From the NCBI GenBank assembly GCA_038087875.1, contig JAXLNO010000202.1, positions 186,001 to 250,000 on the forward strand: a stretch of DNA of 64,000 nucleotides, given 5' to 3'. The translations under genes and the position numbers were made by a program. This document shows positions 36,990 through 51,169 of the stretch, one piece after another. How positions within the stretch are numbered: position 1 is the first letter of the stretch; each line of letters opens with the position of its first letter. The notes under the pieces are model-generated. The model worked only from the letters and a program-made list of their open reading frames with translations. It searched no databases and was not told where the DNA came from. This stretch comes from Malacoraja senta (Eukaryota).

Positions 36990-37720
36990 ATGGACAAGAG
37001 GGCTAGAATATAAGAACAGGGATGTAATGCTGAGGCTCTATAAGGTGTTGGTCAGGCCCCATCTGGAATATTGTGAGCAATTCTGGGCACCATCTCTGAG
37101 GAAGGATGTGCTGGCTCTGGAGAGGGTCCAGAGGAGGTTTACAAGAACGATCCCAGGAATGAGTAGGGTAACATGTGACGAAAGTTTGCCGACACTGGGC
37201 CTGTACTCGCCCGAGTTTAGAAAGATGAGGGGGAACCTCATTGAAACTTACAGAATAGTGAAAGGCTTGGATAGAGTGGATGTGGAGAAGATGTTTCCAC
37301 TGTTTCAGAAGGAACTGCAGATGCTGGAAAATCGAAGGTAGACAAAAGTGCTGGAGAAACTCAGCGGGTGCAGCAGCATCTAAAGATGTTTCCACTAGTG
37401 GGAGAGTCCAGGACTAGAGGTCTTGAACTCACAATTAATGGACTTTCCTTTAGGAAGGAGATGAGGAGGAATTTCTTCATGTCAGAGGGTAGTGAATCTG
37501 TAGAATTCTTTGCCACGGAAGGCTATGGCAAATATCAATGGATATTTTTAAGGCAGAAATAGATAGATTCTTGATTAGTACAGGTGTCAGGGGTTATGGG
37601 GAGAAGGAAGGAGAATGTGGTTAGGAAGGAGAGATAGATCAGCCATGATTGAATGGCAGGGTAGACTTGATGGGCCGAATGGCCTAATTCTGCTCCTATT
37701 ACATATGATCTTATGACCTT
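36990..37720 (+). mobile_element. CR1 LINE 3' fragment with an internal insert
   Basis: LYKVLVRPHLEYC...; ~75-bp insert between duplicated AAGATGTTTCCACT. Confidence 0.8.
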
Positions 37721-38521
37721 ATGCCTTGAAACATCATCATCCATTCCCTCCACAGATGCTGCCTGACCCGTTGAGTTCCTCCAGCACTTTGTATCTTGTC
37801 TCTATATTTATTACTAGTTTGGTGTGTCTGTGCCATGGGCTATAATTAGGAGGACAAGAGTACACGGAATTTGTATGAGGATTATCCACACTAGCAATAG
37901 AATCTTGGTCCGATCTAAATCCTACATAAATTGGTTCCTATTTAAATACCTTTGGATAACATGATTAATCCAAACCAGGAGGCAAACATAATACCTGAGT
38001 GTGTAGGAAGAAACTGCAGATGTTAGTTTAAATCCATAAGTGCATGTCACAGGAGCAGAATTAAGCCATTCGGCCCATCGAGGCTACTCTGCCATCTATC
38101 TCTCCCTCCAAACCCCATTCTCCTGCCTTCACCCCAAAAACCCTGACACCCGTACTAATCAAGAATCTGTCAATCTATGCCTAAAAAATGAGACCACCAC
38201 AGCCTTCCGTGGCAATTAATTCCACTGATTCACCACTCTTTGGCTAAAGAAATTCCTCCTCATCCCCTTACTAAAGGGAGCTCTTAGGGATAGCGGTGTT
38301 AAGGGATATGGGGAGAAGGCAGGAACGGGGTACTGATTGTGGATGATCAGCCATGATCACATTGAATGGCGGTGCTGGCTTGAAGGGCCGAATGGCCTAC
38401 TCCTGCACCTATTGTCTATTGTTGTCTGTTGTCTAAAGGTACATCCTTTAATCTCAAGATAGACACAGAGTGCTGGAGTAACTCAACGGGGTCAGGCAGC
38501 ATCTCTGGAGAAAAGGTTTCT

Positions 38522-39238
38522 CCAGAAACGTCTCCTATCCATGTTCTCCACAGATGTTGCCTGACCCGCTGAGTTACTCCAACACTCTGTGAAACGTCAC
38601 CAACCAATGTTCTCCACAGATGCTGCCTGACCCGCTGAGTTACTCCAGCACTCTGTGAAACGTCACCTATCCATGTTCTCCAGAGATGCTGCCTGACCCG
38701 CTGAGTTACTCCAGCACTCTGTGAAACGTCAACTATCCATGTTCTCCACAGATGCTGCCTGACCCGCTGAGTTACTCCAGCCCTCTGTGAAACGTCACCT
38801 ATCCATGTTCTCCACAGATGCTGCCTGACCCGCTGAGTTACTCCAGCACTCTGTGAAACGTCACCTATCCATGTTCCGGCAGCATCTATGGAGCGAAGGA
38901 AATAGGCAACGTTTCGGCCCGAAACCCTTCCGGGTTTCGGCCCGAAACGTTGCCTATTTCCTTCAGGGTTTCAGCCCGAAAGGTTGCCCATTTCCTTCGC
39001 TCCACAGATGCTGCCTGACCCGCTGAGTTACTCCAGCACTCTGTGAAACGTCACCTATCCATGTTCTCCACAGATGCTGCCTGACCCGCTGAGTTACTCC
39101 AGCACTCTGTGAAACGTCACCTATCCATGTTCTCCACAGATGCTGCCTGACCCGCTGAGTTACTCCAGCACTCTGTGAAACGTCACCTATCCATGTTCTC
39201 CACAGATGCTGCCTGACCCGCTGAGTTACTCCAGCACT
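38522..39238 (+). repeat. 66-bp tandem array with embedded ~138-nt fold-back cassette (38878-39015)
   Basis: About 5 units, then the cassette, then about 3.5 units. Confidence 0.9.
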
Positions 39239-40694
39239 GTGTATATCATGCCTGAGTGTCTGGACTTACACCGACTGTTCAGCTGAAATGGTCTGATAAA
39301 CGGTCAAGGCATGAGTGAATCTTCAGCCAGTTTCAATCCAGCCGGGAGCTGCCAGGTGGACCGTGAGAACGTAGTTAGCGCTGACCATAAATCGTTGATT
39401 AACCACTAGCAACATTCCATGCATGGTCAGTGGAATCATCATCACCTCATGCCAGGACATATGGATTTAATGTTAAAATGAAAGGCTGAATACTTTGCGC
39501 TTCTGGTTCCCGTCATAGAGTGATACAGCGCGGGAACAGGCCCTTCGGCCCAACTTGCCCACACCGACTAACATGTCCCAGCTACACTAGTCCCACCTGC
39601 CTGCGTTTGGTCCAAATCCCTCTAAACCTGTCATATCCATGTACCTGTCTAACTGTTTCTTAAACGTTGGGATAGTCCCAGCCTCAACTACCTCCTCTGG
39701 CAGCTCGTTCCATACACCCACCACCCTTTGTGTGAAAATGTTACCCCACAGATTCCTATTAAATGTTTTCCCCTTCACCGTAAACCTATGTCCTTTGGTC
39801 CTTGATTCACCTTCTCTGGACAAGGGAATCTGAAGAAGGGTCTCGACCCAAAATGTCAGCCTTTGGGGACGATCAGCCATGATCACATTGAATGGCGGTG
39901 CTGGCTCGAAGGGCCAAATGGCCTACTCCTGCACCTATTGTCTATTATCTATTGTCTATTGTCATTCCTTCTCATCAGAGATGTTGCCTGTCCCACTGAG
40001 TTACTCCAGCATTTTGTGTCAGTCAAGAGAATCTGTTCGTCGACCCGATCTCTTCCTCTCATGACTTTCTACACTTCCTCTCATGATTTTATTATCATTT
40101 ATCTCTGTGTTATTTATCTGTCTGTTAATGGTCTGTTAAGCTGCTACAAGCAAGCATTTTATTGCTCCAATTGCCGGTCCTGACAATTAGACACCCTTCA
40201 CTCTCGTCTTGATAAATATCAATTATAGATTAAAACTGCTCTGTTTTTGTGACTGCCGTTTTGAATCCTAAGCATGAACACTTCTGGAAGTAAGGATGAG
40301 TGCAAGGGAAATTCCTCGAATGTTGCAAAACATACTTGGCTAATAAAGTATGATTGTGATTGTGTAATCGAGGAACCATTGCTTCCCTTGCCCTTCAGAT
40401 CGAGGTGTTGGAATGCTGCAGAAACTGTGGGACAGTCAGGAGGTTCCCTGTCCATCCTGCTCAGTGGAACGGCCACAGTCTTCATTAGGTCATTAGTTGT
40501 AGGAGCAGGCCATTCAGCCCAAGTCTGGTCCACCATTCAATCATGGCTGATCTATCGTTCTCTCTCAACCCCATTCTCCTGCCTTCTCCCCATAACCCCT
40601 GACACCCGCACTAATCAAGAATCTAGCAAGCTCCCCCTTAAAAATACCCATTGACGGCCTCCACAGCCTTCTGCGGCCATGAATTCCACAGAGT

Positions 40695-40985
40695 CAGTTT
40701 GGTTTAGTTCAGAGATACCGCGCGGAAACAGGCCCTTCATCCCACTGAGTCCGGACCAACCAGCGATCATCCCGTACACTAGCACTATCCTACACACTAG
40801 GAACAATTACAATGATCCTACAAACCTGCACGTCTTTGGAGTGTGGGAGGAAACCGGAGCACCCGGAGAAAACTCACACAGTTACTGGAAGAACGTACAA
40901 ACTCCATACAGACAGCACCCGTAGTCAGGATTGAACCCGGGTCTCTGGCGCTGTGAGGCAGCAACTCTACCGCTGCGCCACCATG
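40695..40985 (-). mobile_element. V-SINE (HE1-like)
   Basis: Full reverse-complement copy. Confidence 0.85.
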
Positions 40986-41685
40986 CTGCCATTGTTATGT
41001 ACCATAAAATGCAGAGTTGTCCAGGACACACTATAAAATCCAGCACAATTGGTCCCCAGAACAAAAACACATCCTTCACCAGCTTAAATCAGTATTAAAA
41101 TGCTATTGTAAGGAACCAAATATGACCAGCAAGATAATCAGCAGAAGTTTCCAATGCTGTTTGCAGGGGCTGGTGATCATTTCCGGCAGTCACTGCAATG
41201 AATCCGTAAATGAAACTCACGTGAAGAGCTGCAGAAGCTGAACATGTGAACTAAACACAGCTCCTGTGGCAACAGTCTATGGGAGGTAAATGGAGACAAG
41301 GTCTCAGGTCAAAGACCCTGCACCAAAACTGGGACAAAAAACAGGTAGTTATGGGTTGCAAAGGTGGTGTGGCAGATGGCAATGTGTGGAATATCTCAGG
41401 GAGGGTGAGGCCAGCATTGTGGTGGTGAGTTCTGCCAGACCCTCTCTCACCGCTCCCCCCCCCCCCCCCCACACAGTGATTCCTACTTCTCTCTGACTCC
41501 ACCTGCCTCCAGTTCTCCCCCCCCCCCCCTCCAAGTTGAGTTGAGTTTATTGTCACGCGTACCGAGGTACAGAGACATTTTTTGTTGCGTGCTATACAGG
41601 CAGCGGAAAGACAATACATGATTACAATCGAGCCGTCCACAGTGTACAGATACAGGATAAAGGGAATAACCTTTCCTTTTATCCT

Positions 41686-42168
41686 GTGCAGCGTAGGTTT
41701 ACAAGGTTAATTCCCGGGATGGCGGGACTGTCATAGAATGGAGCGGCTGGGCTTGTACACTCTGGAATTTAGAAGGATGAGAGGAGATCTTATTGAAGCA
41801 TATAAGATTATTAATGGTTTGGACACGCTAGAGGCAGGAAACATGTTCCTGATGTTGGGGGAGTCCAGAACCAGTGGTCACAGTTTAAGAATAAGGGGTA
41901 AGCCATTTAGAACAGAGATGAGGAAACATTTTTTCTCACAGAGAGTTGTGAGTCTGTGGAATTCTCTGCCTCAGGGGCGGTGGAGGCAGTTTCTCTGGAT
42001 GCTTTCCAGAGAGAGCTAGATAGGGTTCTTAAAGATAGCGGAGTCAGGGGATATGGGGAGAAGGCAGGAACGGGGTACTGATTGGGGATGATCAGCCATG
42101 ATCACATTGAATGTTGGTGCTGGGCTCGAAGGGCCGAATGGCCTACTCCTGCACCTATTGTCTATTGT
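41686..42168 (+). mobile_element. CR1 LINE 3' fragment
   Basis: LGLYTLEFRRMRGDL...; (CTATTGT) tail. Confidence 0.85.
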
Positions 42169-42926
42169 TTAGTGCAAGATAAAGTCTCCAGTAAAGTCCG
42201 ATTAAAGATTGAAAGGTTCTCTTCTTTCCCCCTTCTTTCAGTCTGAAGAAGGGTCCCGACCCAAAACGTACACCTATCCAATGGTTCTCCACGGATGCTG
42301 CCTGACCTGCTGAGTTACTCCAGCACTCTGTGAAACGTCACCTATCCATGTTCTCCACGGATGCTGCCTGACCTGCTGAGTTACTCCAGCACTCTGTGAA
42401 ACGTCACCTATCCATGTTCTCCACGGATGCTGCCTGACCTGCTGAGTTACTCCAGCACTCTGTGTCTATCTTTGGTATAAACCAGCATCTGCAGTTCTTT
42501 GCATCTACATTGAAGTGGTGATAAGTTGCTGATGAAGTCATCTGTAATGAGGGATTTAGTGAAAAAGTTGTGTTGGTTCCTGTTAAATCTTTACCCCCCT
42601 CCCGTTAAACCTTCCTCCTCTGGTTCTTGGTTCCCCTGCTCTGGGGAAGAGACTGCGCATTCACCCTATCCATTCTCCTCATGATTTTAATCACCTCTAT
42701 AAGATCACCCCTCAACTTCCTGCACCCCAACCTCTCCCTATAGCTCAGGCCCTCTAGTCCTCGCATCATCCTCGTAAATCTTCTCTGCACTCTTTCCAAG
42801 TTAATAACATCCTTCCTATAGTCAGGTGGTCAAAGCTGAACACAATAATCTATCTGGCTGTCTCCAGCTTTTCACTGTACTTTGGTTCACCTGACAATAA
42901 TAAACCTGAAGCTAAACCTAAATAAT

Positions 42927-43176
42927 AGACCACACTCCCCACCATTGTAGATGTATCCCAGTCCATCACACAGACCACACTCCCCACCATTGTAGATGTA
43001 TCCCAGTCCATCACACAGACCACACTCCCCACCATTGTAGATGTATCCCAGTCCATCACACAGACCACAACTCCCCACCATTGTAGATGTATCCCAGTCC
43101 ATCACACAGACCACACACTCCCCACCATTGTAGATGTATCCCAGTCCATCACACAGACCACACTCCCCACCATTGA
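42927..43176. repeat. 45-bp minisatellite (~5 copies) leading into a Rex1/L2-like fragment
   Basis: Unit AGACCACACTCCCCACCATTGTAGATGTATCCCAGTCCATCACAC. Confidence 0.9.
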
Positions 43177-43517
43177 CTTCATCTACACTTCACGCTTCCT
43201 CGGGAAAGCAGCCGACATCATCAACGACTTGTCCTCACCCACTGGTCATTCCTTCTTCTCCCCGCTCCCGTCCGGCAGAAGGTACAGAAGCTTGAAAGGC
43301 GCGCACCACCAGACTCAGGAACAGCTTCTTCCCCTCTGTTATCAGGCTTCTGAACGGTCCTTCCATAAGCTAGGGTACTGTCCGATTCACCTCGACCCCA
43401 TTGCGGACATTGGGCTTTGTCTGTGGAACTGATGCGCTACAATGCTGAGAACTATATTCTGCACTCTGTATCTTCCCCTTTGCTCCACCTATTGGACTGG
43501 AGTTTGATAACCTCTGC

Positions 43518-44060
43518 CTCACCTGAAAAGACTGTCGGGTCAAGGTGGGGGGGGGTATAGGGACCGGTGCTGCATCTCCTGCGGTTGCAGGGGAAGGTAC
43601 CAAGGGAGGGGTGGATTGGGTGGGAAGGATGAGTTAACCAGGGAGTTGTGGAGGGAAACAGTCTCTGCGGAAAGCAGAAAGGGGTGGAGATGGGAAGATG
43701 TGGCTGGTAGTGGGATCCCGTTGGAGGTGGCGAAACAGTTGGATGATTATGTGTTGTATGCGATGGCTGATTGGTGTGGAAGGTCAGGACATGGGGGACT
43801 CTGTCTCTGTTGTGACCAGGGGGAGGGGGAGCGGGAACAAGAGCGGAGCTGCGGGGTACCGAGGAGACACGAGTGAGGGCCTCATCTATGATGGGAAAAG
43901 TGGAACCTTCATTCCCTAACCAGATGTCCTGGTTTGGAACACCTCGTCTTGGCCGCAGATGTAGGGGATAGAGTCTTTGCAGGAAGCAAGGTGGAAGAAG
44001 TGTAGTCGAGATTGTTGTGGGAGTCAGTGGGTTTGTAATAGACGTCAGTCTATAACTGGT
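43518..44060 (-). mobile_element. Penelope-like internal fragment (RT to endonuclease linker)
   Basis: Shares cctgcggttgcaggggaaggtacc with 8320-8345 and 15040-15060. Minus-strand peptides DRVPHVLTFH and GTFPCNRRRC. Confidence 0.6.
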
Positions 44061-44567
44061 TGTGGTTCTGGCTAATCCTGCATTCTCAAGTTCTGAGGCC
44101 ACACCGAACATGCAGCCAGTTTTATTTTCACCAACACATGAGGCTCCATTGTTGGCCGTGTAACCCGAGGCAAATGCATTACTTGTTAATGCCAGTGTCG
44201 TAATTAAATGTGTTGGAAGCAACTGCAGATGCTGGTTTACAGGACTGGCAGCATCTCTGGTGAAAGGAATGGGTGATGTTTCTGATCAAGACCCATCAGT
44301 CTGAAGAAGGGTCTTGACCCAAAACATCACCCATTCCTTCTCTCCACAGATGCTGCCTGTCCCGCTGAGTTACTCCAGTAATTAAATGACTAGATTAGCC
44401 ACCAGAGTTATGAATCACTGGGCTGAGATGTGTTTAATCCCCACAATAGCCACTGGGAAATTTAAATTCAAATAATGAAATAAAACTGGAGTTAAATAAT
44501 ACTGCCTATAAAAAGCATGCAGTGCAAGAAGGAACTGCAGATGCTGGTTTACACCGAAGATAGACAC

Positions 44568-44878
44568 AGAGTGCTGGAGTAACTCAGCGGGTCAGGCAGC
44601 ATCTGTGGAGAACATGGATAGGTGACGTTTCACAGAGTGCTGGAGTAACTCAGCGGGTCAGGCAGCATCTGTGGAGAGCGAAGGAAATGGGCCAACCTTT
44701 CGGGCCGAAACCCTGAAGGAAATAGGCAACGTTTCGGGCCGAAACCCGGAAGGGTTTCGGGCCGAAACGTTGCCTATTTCCTTCGCTCTATAGATGCTGC
44801 CGGAACATGGATAGGTGACGTTTCACAGAGTGCTGGAGTAACTCAGCGGGTCAGGCAGCATCTGTGGAGAACATGGAG
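44568..44878 (-). repeat. 66-bp array plus fold-back cassette (44661-44801), inverted copy
   Basis: Reverse complement of the 38.5-39.2 kb composite. Confidence 0.9.
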
Positions 44879-45661
44879 TAGGGGGACATTGCCCAGAGCA
44901 GGGGAATCGAGGACCAGAGGACATAGGTTCAAGGTGAAGGGGAAAATATTTAATAGGAATCCGAGGGGTAACTTTTTCACACAAAGGGTGGTGGGTGTAT
45001 GGAACAAGCTGCCAGAGGAGGTAGTTGAGGCAGGGACTATCGCAACGTTTAAGAAACAGTTAGACAGGTACATGGATAGGACAGGTTTGGAGGGATATGG
45101 ACCAAGCGCAGGCAGGTGGGACTAGTGTAGCTGGGATATGCTGGGCCGAAGGGCCTGTTTCCACACTGTGTCACTTCTATGACTCTATCTATCTTTCCCT
45201 CTCAAACCCATTCTCCTGCCTTCTCCCCATTATCTCTGATATACGTATCAATCAATAATCTATCAATATCCTCCTGAAAAATGTCCAATGACGGCCTCCA
45301 CAGCTGTTAATTCATCAGTTCACCACCCTCTGACAAGTAATTGCTACTCATCTCCTTCCTAAAGGAACATCCTTTAATTCTGAGGCTGTGACCACTCGTC
45401 CTAGACTCTCCCACTAGTGGAGACATCCTCTCCACAATCCACTCCATCCAGGTTTTTACCAGGCTGGGACGGACGGCTACAGCTTCACACCATGTCCCAA
45501 AGCTTGTGTCCTGTCCTGCATCACCCAAGGCAGCAGAGACGTTATAGGAGAGGGCAAGCACCGTCACAAAGTAGCTCACGATGGTTTGGGTAACATTCAG
45601 GAATGTCACATCATGAATATTACTGAAGAAGGGCCTTGACCCGAAATATAATCTATACCTT

Positions 45662-46165
45662 TTCTCCACAGATGCTGCCTGACCCGCTGAGTTACTCCAG
45701 CACTCTGTAAAACGTCACCTATCCATGTTCTCCACAGATGCTGCCTGACCCGCTGAGTTACTCCAGCTTTGTGTGAAACGTCACCTATCCATGTTCTCCG
45801 CAGATGCTGCCTGACCCGCTGAGTTACTCCAGCACTCTGTGAAACATCACCTATTCCATGTTCCGGCAGCATCTATGGAGCGAAGGAAATAGGCAAACGT
45901 TTCGGCCCGAAACCCTTCCGGGGTTTCGGCCTGAAACGTTGCCTATTTCCTTCAGGGTTTCGACCCGAAAGGTTGCCCATTTCCTTCGCTCCACAGATGC
46001 TGCCTGACCCGCTGAGTTACTCCAGCACTGTGAAACGTCACCTATCCATGTTTTCCACAGATGCTGCCTGTCCTGCTGAGTTACTCCAGCACTCTGTGAA
46101 ACCCACCCATGCCTTCTCTCCACAGATGCTGCCTGACCCGCTGAGTTACTCCAGCACTCTGTGTC
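45662..46165 (+). repeat. 66-bp array plus fold-back cassette (45865-46004)
   Basis: Same junction ccatgttcc|ggcagcatctat. Confidence 0.9.
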
Positions 46166-46974
46166 TATTTTCCCTTCACCATCCCCTCAAGCCCCCCCTC
46201 CCCCCTCCTTCCCTATGTTCCTTTCCACCCATTAACCTCTCTCTGCCTTTACATTTCACTCTTTCTCTTTCAAATCTGCTCTACTTATCTACATGCATTT
46301 TTCTTCTTAACTTTTTAGAGTCATAGAGTCATGCAGTGTGAAAACAAGCCCTTCAGCCCAACTTGCCCATACCGGCCCACATGTCCCAGCTACACTAGTC
46401 ACAGAGTGATACAGTGTGGAAACAGGCCCTTCAGCCCAACTTGCCCATTACCGACCAACATGTCCCAGCTACACTAGTCATAGAGTGATACAGTGTGGAA
46501 ACAGGCCCTTCAGCCCAACTTGCCCATACCGACCAACATGTCCCAGCTACACTATTCCCATTCACACGAGTTTGGCCCATGTCCCTCTAAACCTGTCCTA
46601 TCCATGTACGTGTCCAAATGTCTCTTAAACATTAGATAGTCCCTGCCTTAACTACCTCTGGCAGCTCGTTCCATACACCCACCACCCTTTGTGTGAAAAA
46701 GCTACCCCTCAGATTCCTGTTTAATCTTTTCCCCTTCACCTTAAACTATGTCCCTCTGGTCCTCGATTCCCCTACTCTTGGTGAAAGACTCTGTTCGTTC
46801 AAATATATTTATTTTATTGATCAGATACAATTAGTTATATTTCACGCAGACATCATCAGCATTCAGCAGTGTTCATTGATCAAATTGATTGATAATTGGA
46901 TGTAATAGGTTTTATCAGCATCTGTACGTGGGAGAAATGTATCCACAGTAACAAATACATGAGAATTGACCTCG

Positions 46975-47420
46975 AGCTGGAAAGGGCGCAGAGAAGATTT
47001 ACGAGGATGTTGCCCGGACTCGAGGAGAGGTTGAGTAAGCTGGGACTCTATTCCTTGGAGCGCATAATGATGTGGGGTAATCTTATAGAGGTGTATAAAA
47101 TCAAGAGGGGAATAGATCAGGTAGATGCACAGAGTCTGTTGCCTAGAGTAGGGGAATCGAGGACCAGAGGACATAGGTTTAAAATGAGGGGGGAAAGATC
47201 TAATAGGAAGCTGAGAGGCAACTTTTTCACACAGAGGGCGGTGGGTGTATGGAACGAGCTGCTGGAGGAGGTAGTTGAGGCAGGGACTATAACGACGTTT
47301 AAGAAACACTTGGACAGATACATGGATAGGAAAGGTTTAGAGGGATATGGGCAAACACAAGCAAAGAGGACTAACTTGGATGGAGCATCTTGGATGGCAT
47401 GGCCCAAGAGCCTGTTTTCA
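46975..47420 (+). mobile_element. CR1 (HER1-like) LINE 3' fragment
   Basis: LERAQRRFTRMLPGL...FFTQRAVGVWNEL. Confidence 0.8.
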
Positions 47421-48883
47421 GGCTGCATAAACACCATAGCTATGTTTCAGATGTGCACTGCAGGTTACTAACAGCAACAGGATTTGATTCACACACCTTG
47501 TTAAATACTTGGACTGCTGTTCTCAGGTGATTAAAGTCAATCATTTTCTTTTGTTGTTTTGGCTCTGTCAAAATGTATATTCTCATACCTTTGGCCCCCA
47601 ATGTCCGTGGCCAACATATGCCTAGACCTGCTGAAGCTGGAATGGGCGCAGAGTAGATTTACAAGGATGTTCGCCAGGACTCGAGGGCAGGCTGGATTCT
47701 CATCCTTGGAGCGCAGGAGGATGAGGGGGTCTTTCCGCTTACTGGTTTGACACGCAAAAAAGCTTTTCACTGTACTCCGTTACACGTGACAATAAACTAA
47801 AGTGATCTTATAGTGGTGTATAAGGCAATGAGGGAAATAGATAGTGTGAGGTGCACACAGTCTTTTAAACGGAGTAGGGGAATCAAGAACTAGAGGACAT
47901 AGGTTTAAGGTGAGGGGGAAGATTTAATAGGAACCTGAGGGGCAACATTTTCACTCAGAGGGTGGTGGGTGAATGGAACAAGCTGCCAGAGGAGGTGATT
48001 GAGGCAGGGACTATAACAACAGTTAAAGACATTTGGACAGGTACATGGATAGCAATCATTTAGAAGGAAATGGGCCAAACGCAGGCAGGTGGGACTAGTG
48101 TAGATGGGGCATGTTGGTCGGCATGGGCACGATGGGCCGAAGGGCCTGTTTCCGTGCTGTATTAGACCAAGTCTCATCTGCCTGCACGTGATCTGTATCC
48201 CTCCATTCCCTGCATATCCATGTGCCTATCCAAAAGTCTCTTAAACACCACTATTGTATCTGCCTCCACCACCACCCCTAGCAGCATGTTCCAGGTACCC
48301 ACCACCACCCCTAGCAGCACATTCCAGGCCCCCACCACCGCCCCCAGCAGCACATTCCAGGTACCCACCACCCTCTGTGTAAAATACTTGTCCCGCACAA
48401 TCACCTTTACACTTTGCCCCTCTCACCTCTAGTAATTGATTTTTCCATCCTGGGAAAATGGTTCTGACTCTCCACCCTATCTGAAGTGAACAAAAATGCT
48501 GGAGAAACTCAATGGGTGAGGCAGCATCTATGGAACGAAGTCTACCCTATCTGTGCCTCCTGTCATTTATCACCCTATCAGGTCTCCCCCACAACCTCTG
48601 GCGTTCCAGAGAAAATCCATGTCTGTCCAACCTGTCCCTGTAACTAATGTCCTCTAATTCTGGGCGTCATTCTGGTAAACTCACCAAAGCTTCCAGAACT
48701 GTGAGCAGAACTGACACGCAATACTCCACATGTGGCCTGACCAAGGTCCCAGAAACGTTGGAATATGATCTTACAGCCTGTTCTGCCAGGTATTAATGTC
48801 ACTGTAGACTCGACTTTGGCTTCAGTTCCACTCTTCATAAACCTCACCCTATCCAGACCGATATCTGTCTGGACCTACAGTAA

Positions 48884-49195
48884 GTTTAGATTAGTCTAGT
48901 TTAGTTTAGAGATACAATGTGGCCACAGGCCCTTCGGCCCATCTAGTCTGTGTCAACCGAAGATTACCCGTACACTAATTCTATCCCAGTTTCACATCCA
49001 ACACATTTGGGGCAACTTAAAGAAGCCAATTCTCCTGCAAACCATTGATTTTCGGGATGTGGGAAGAAACTGGGGAACTTGGAGGAAATCCCCATGGGCA
49101 CGGGGAGAACATGCCAAACTCCGTGCAGACAGCACTCGTAGTCAGGATGAAACCTGTGTCTCTGGCGCTGTGAGGCAGCAACTCTACCGCTGTGT
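48884..49195 (-). mobile_element. V-SINE (HE1-like), diverged
   Basis: Reverse-complement copy with more substitutions. Confidence 0.7.
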
Positions 49196-49711
49196 CACTT
49201 ATTGAGGTACAAGATCATGAGGGGCAAGAATAAAGTGAACGCTCACAGTCTGTTTCCCAGGGTAGAGGGATTCTAAAACTAGAGGGCACAGACTTCAGGT
49301 GAGAGGAGAGAGATTTACGAGGGACCTCCGGGGCAACTAGTTCACACAGAGGGTAGTCTGTATCTGGAACGAGGAAGCTATAGAAGCGGGTACTATTACG
49401 GCTTTTAAAGACATTTGGACAGATATGTGGATAGGAAAGGTTCAGAGGGATATGGGACAAACGCTGGCAAATGGGACTAGCCCAGTGTGACAACGATGGG
49501 CTGAAGGGCCTGTTTCCGTGCTGCACAGCTGTATTACTCGATGACTATAAATAAGCTATGGATTATTGAGAATCCATTCATCTCTTGCTGGCCATGGCTG
49601 TATCTCTGGAGATTTAGTAAATGTCATCAGATTTACAGCAATGGCAGAGATGGGAAAGGCTGGTGGACAGACACAAGACAGGTGAAGGAGAGGGATCACA
49701 AACTCTCTCAA

Positions 49712-50010
49712 CGGCACAGCGGTAGAGTTGCTGCCTCACAGCGCCAGAGACCAGGTTCGATCCTGACTACGGGTGCTGTCTGTACAGAGTTTGTACCTTC
49801 TCCCCCGTGACCTGCGTGGGTTTTCTCCGGGTGCTCCGGTTTCCTCCCACACTCTAAAGACGCCCAGGTTTGCAGGTTAATTGGCTTCTGTAAATTGTAA
49901 ATTGTCCCTCGTGTGTGTAGGTTAGTGTTCGTGGCGGGGATCACTGGTCAGTACGGACTCAGTGGGGGCCGAAGGGCCTGTTTCCGCGCTGTATCTCTAA
50001 ACTAAACTAA
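49712..50010 (+). mobile_element. V-SINE (HE1-like)
   Basis: GGTTCGATCC B-box, V-domain GGGTGCTCCGGTTTCCTCCCAC and (CTAAA)n tail. Confidence 0.85.
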
Positions 50011-50513
50011 AGCTAGACATGGGGTGTGAGAGGAGAGGGTGGTTTTCTGGTGCAGCTGGAGTCTGCCTGAGCAGAATAACAAACGGACAAACGTTACACA
50101 TTAGTGCTGCCTTTATGCAGGATTCTCACAGCTATTTGGCTCCCACTGCATTTGAAAAAAACACACTCAAACGCACTTAGTATTTGATAAATCAGAAAGC
50201 AATCAACATTTTACCAGACCAGCCCAACATAACTTTGGGATTTAATAGAAAAGCAATTATCGTGACAAAAGGAAATCATTCCTATTTATAGATTAGCAAT
50301 TTTCAGCATCGCAGTAAGGTGCAACCCGAGGGAAATAAGGGAAGATTCCTTTGTGCAGAATATTTAGAACATGCTCGACATTACATGGGAGGTGCTTAAG
50401 CCAGCAGTTTGAATACTCTCAGAGAGGGAATTATCCGAGCACAGGGGGATGGTGAGGAAGATGGGATCGGGAGCCTTCTTCAAACTGATGGAGCAATGTT
50501 ACTTCCAGGTAGC

Positions 50514-50815
50514 ATGCCCCTTAACCCCATCCCCACCCCCTGCCCCCATCCTCCATGCCCCTTAACCCCATCCCCCACCCCCTGCCCCCATCCTCCATGC
50601 CCCTTAATCCCATCCCCCACCCCCTGCCCCCATCCTCCATGCCCCTAACCCCATCCCCCCACCCCCCCGCCCCCATCCCCCATGCCCCCTAACCCCATCC
50701 CCCACCCCCCGCTCCCATCCTCCATCCCCGCCCCCATTCTCCACCCTCCGCCCCCATTCTCCATCCCCCTAACCCCATCCCCATTCTCCATCCCCGCCCC
50801 CATCCCTACCCCTAA
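50514..50815. repeat. C-rich minisatellite / low-complexity tract
   Basis: Repeated ATGCCCCTTAACCCCATCCCCCACCCCCTGCCCCCATCCTCC. Confidence 0.85.
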
Positions 50816-51169
50816 AGGAACAACATTACCCACTCTCTAGCCCCCCCGGGGCCTGGCCTGTGGTTACAGAAGATGCAAAGATCGTCTCTTGCCTCCATCA
50901 ATACCCTGGGACCCTGGGGATTTATCCACCTTAATGTTCTTCGCGATTACCAACATCTCCATCTCAAAACTGCCCCTGGCATGTCCGTGCTTACATTCCT
51001 CAACAGTATCTTCACTCAAGGTGTGGGTGGGATATCAAACACCTCAAGCCAACAGTGAAGATGAAGATAGACACAACAAGCTGGAGTAACTCAGCGGGAC
51101 AGGCAGGCAGCATTTCTGTAGACAAGGAATGGGTGATGTTTCTGGTTGAGACCCTTCTTCTCTTGACTC

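Noticed and set aside
38522..39238. CRISPR-like repeat array
   Set aside because: Units are contiguous with no unique spacers, the context is vertebrate, and there are no cas genes.
50830..50898. Candidate gpm6a first exon (ATG GAG GCA...TGG|GTAATG on the minus strand)
   Set aside because: It ends in phase 0 whereas exon 2 needs phase 1, has no similarity to M6a N-termini, and overlaps LINE-like sequence.
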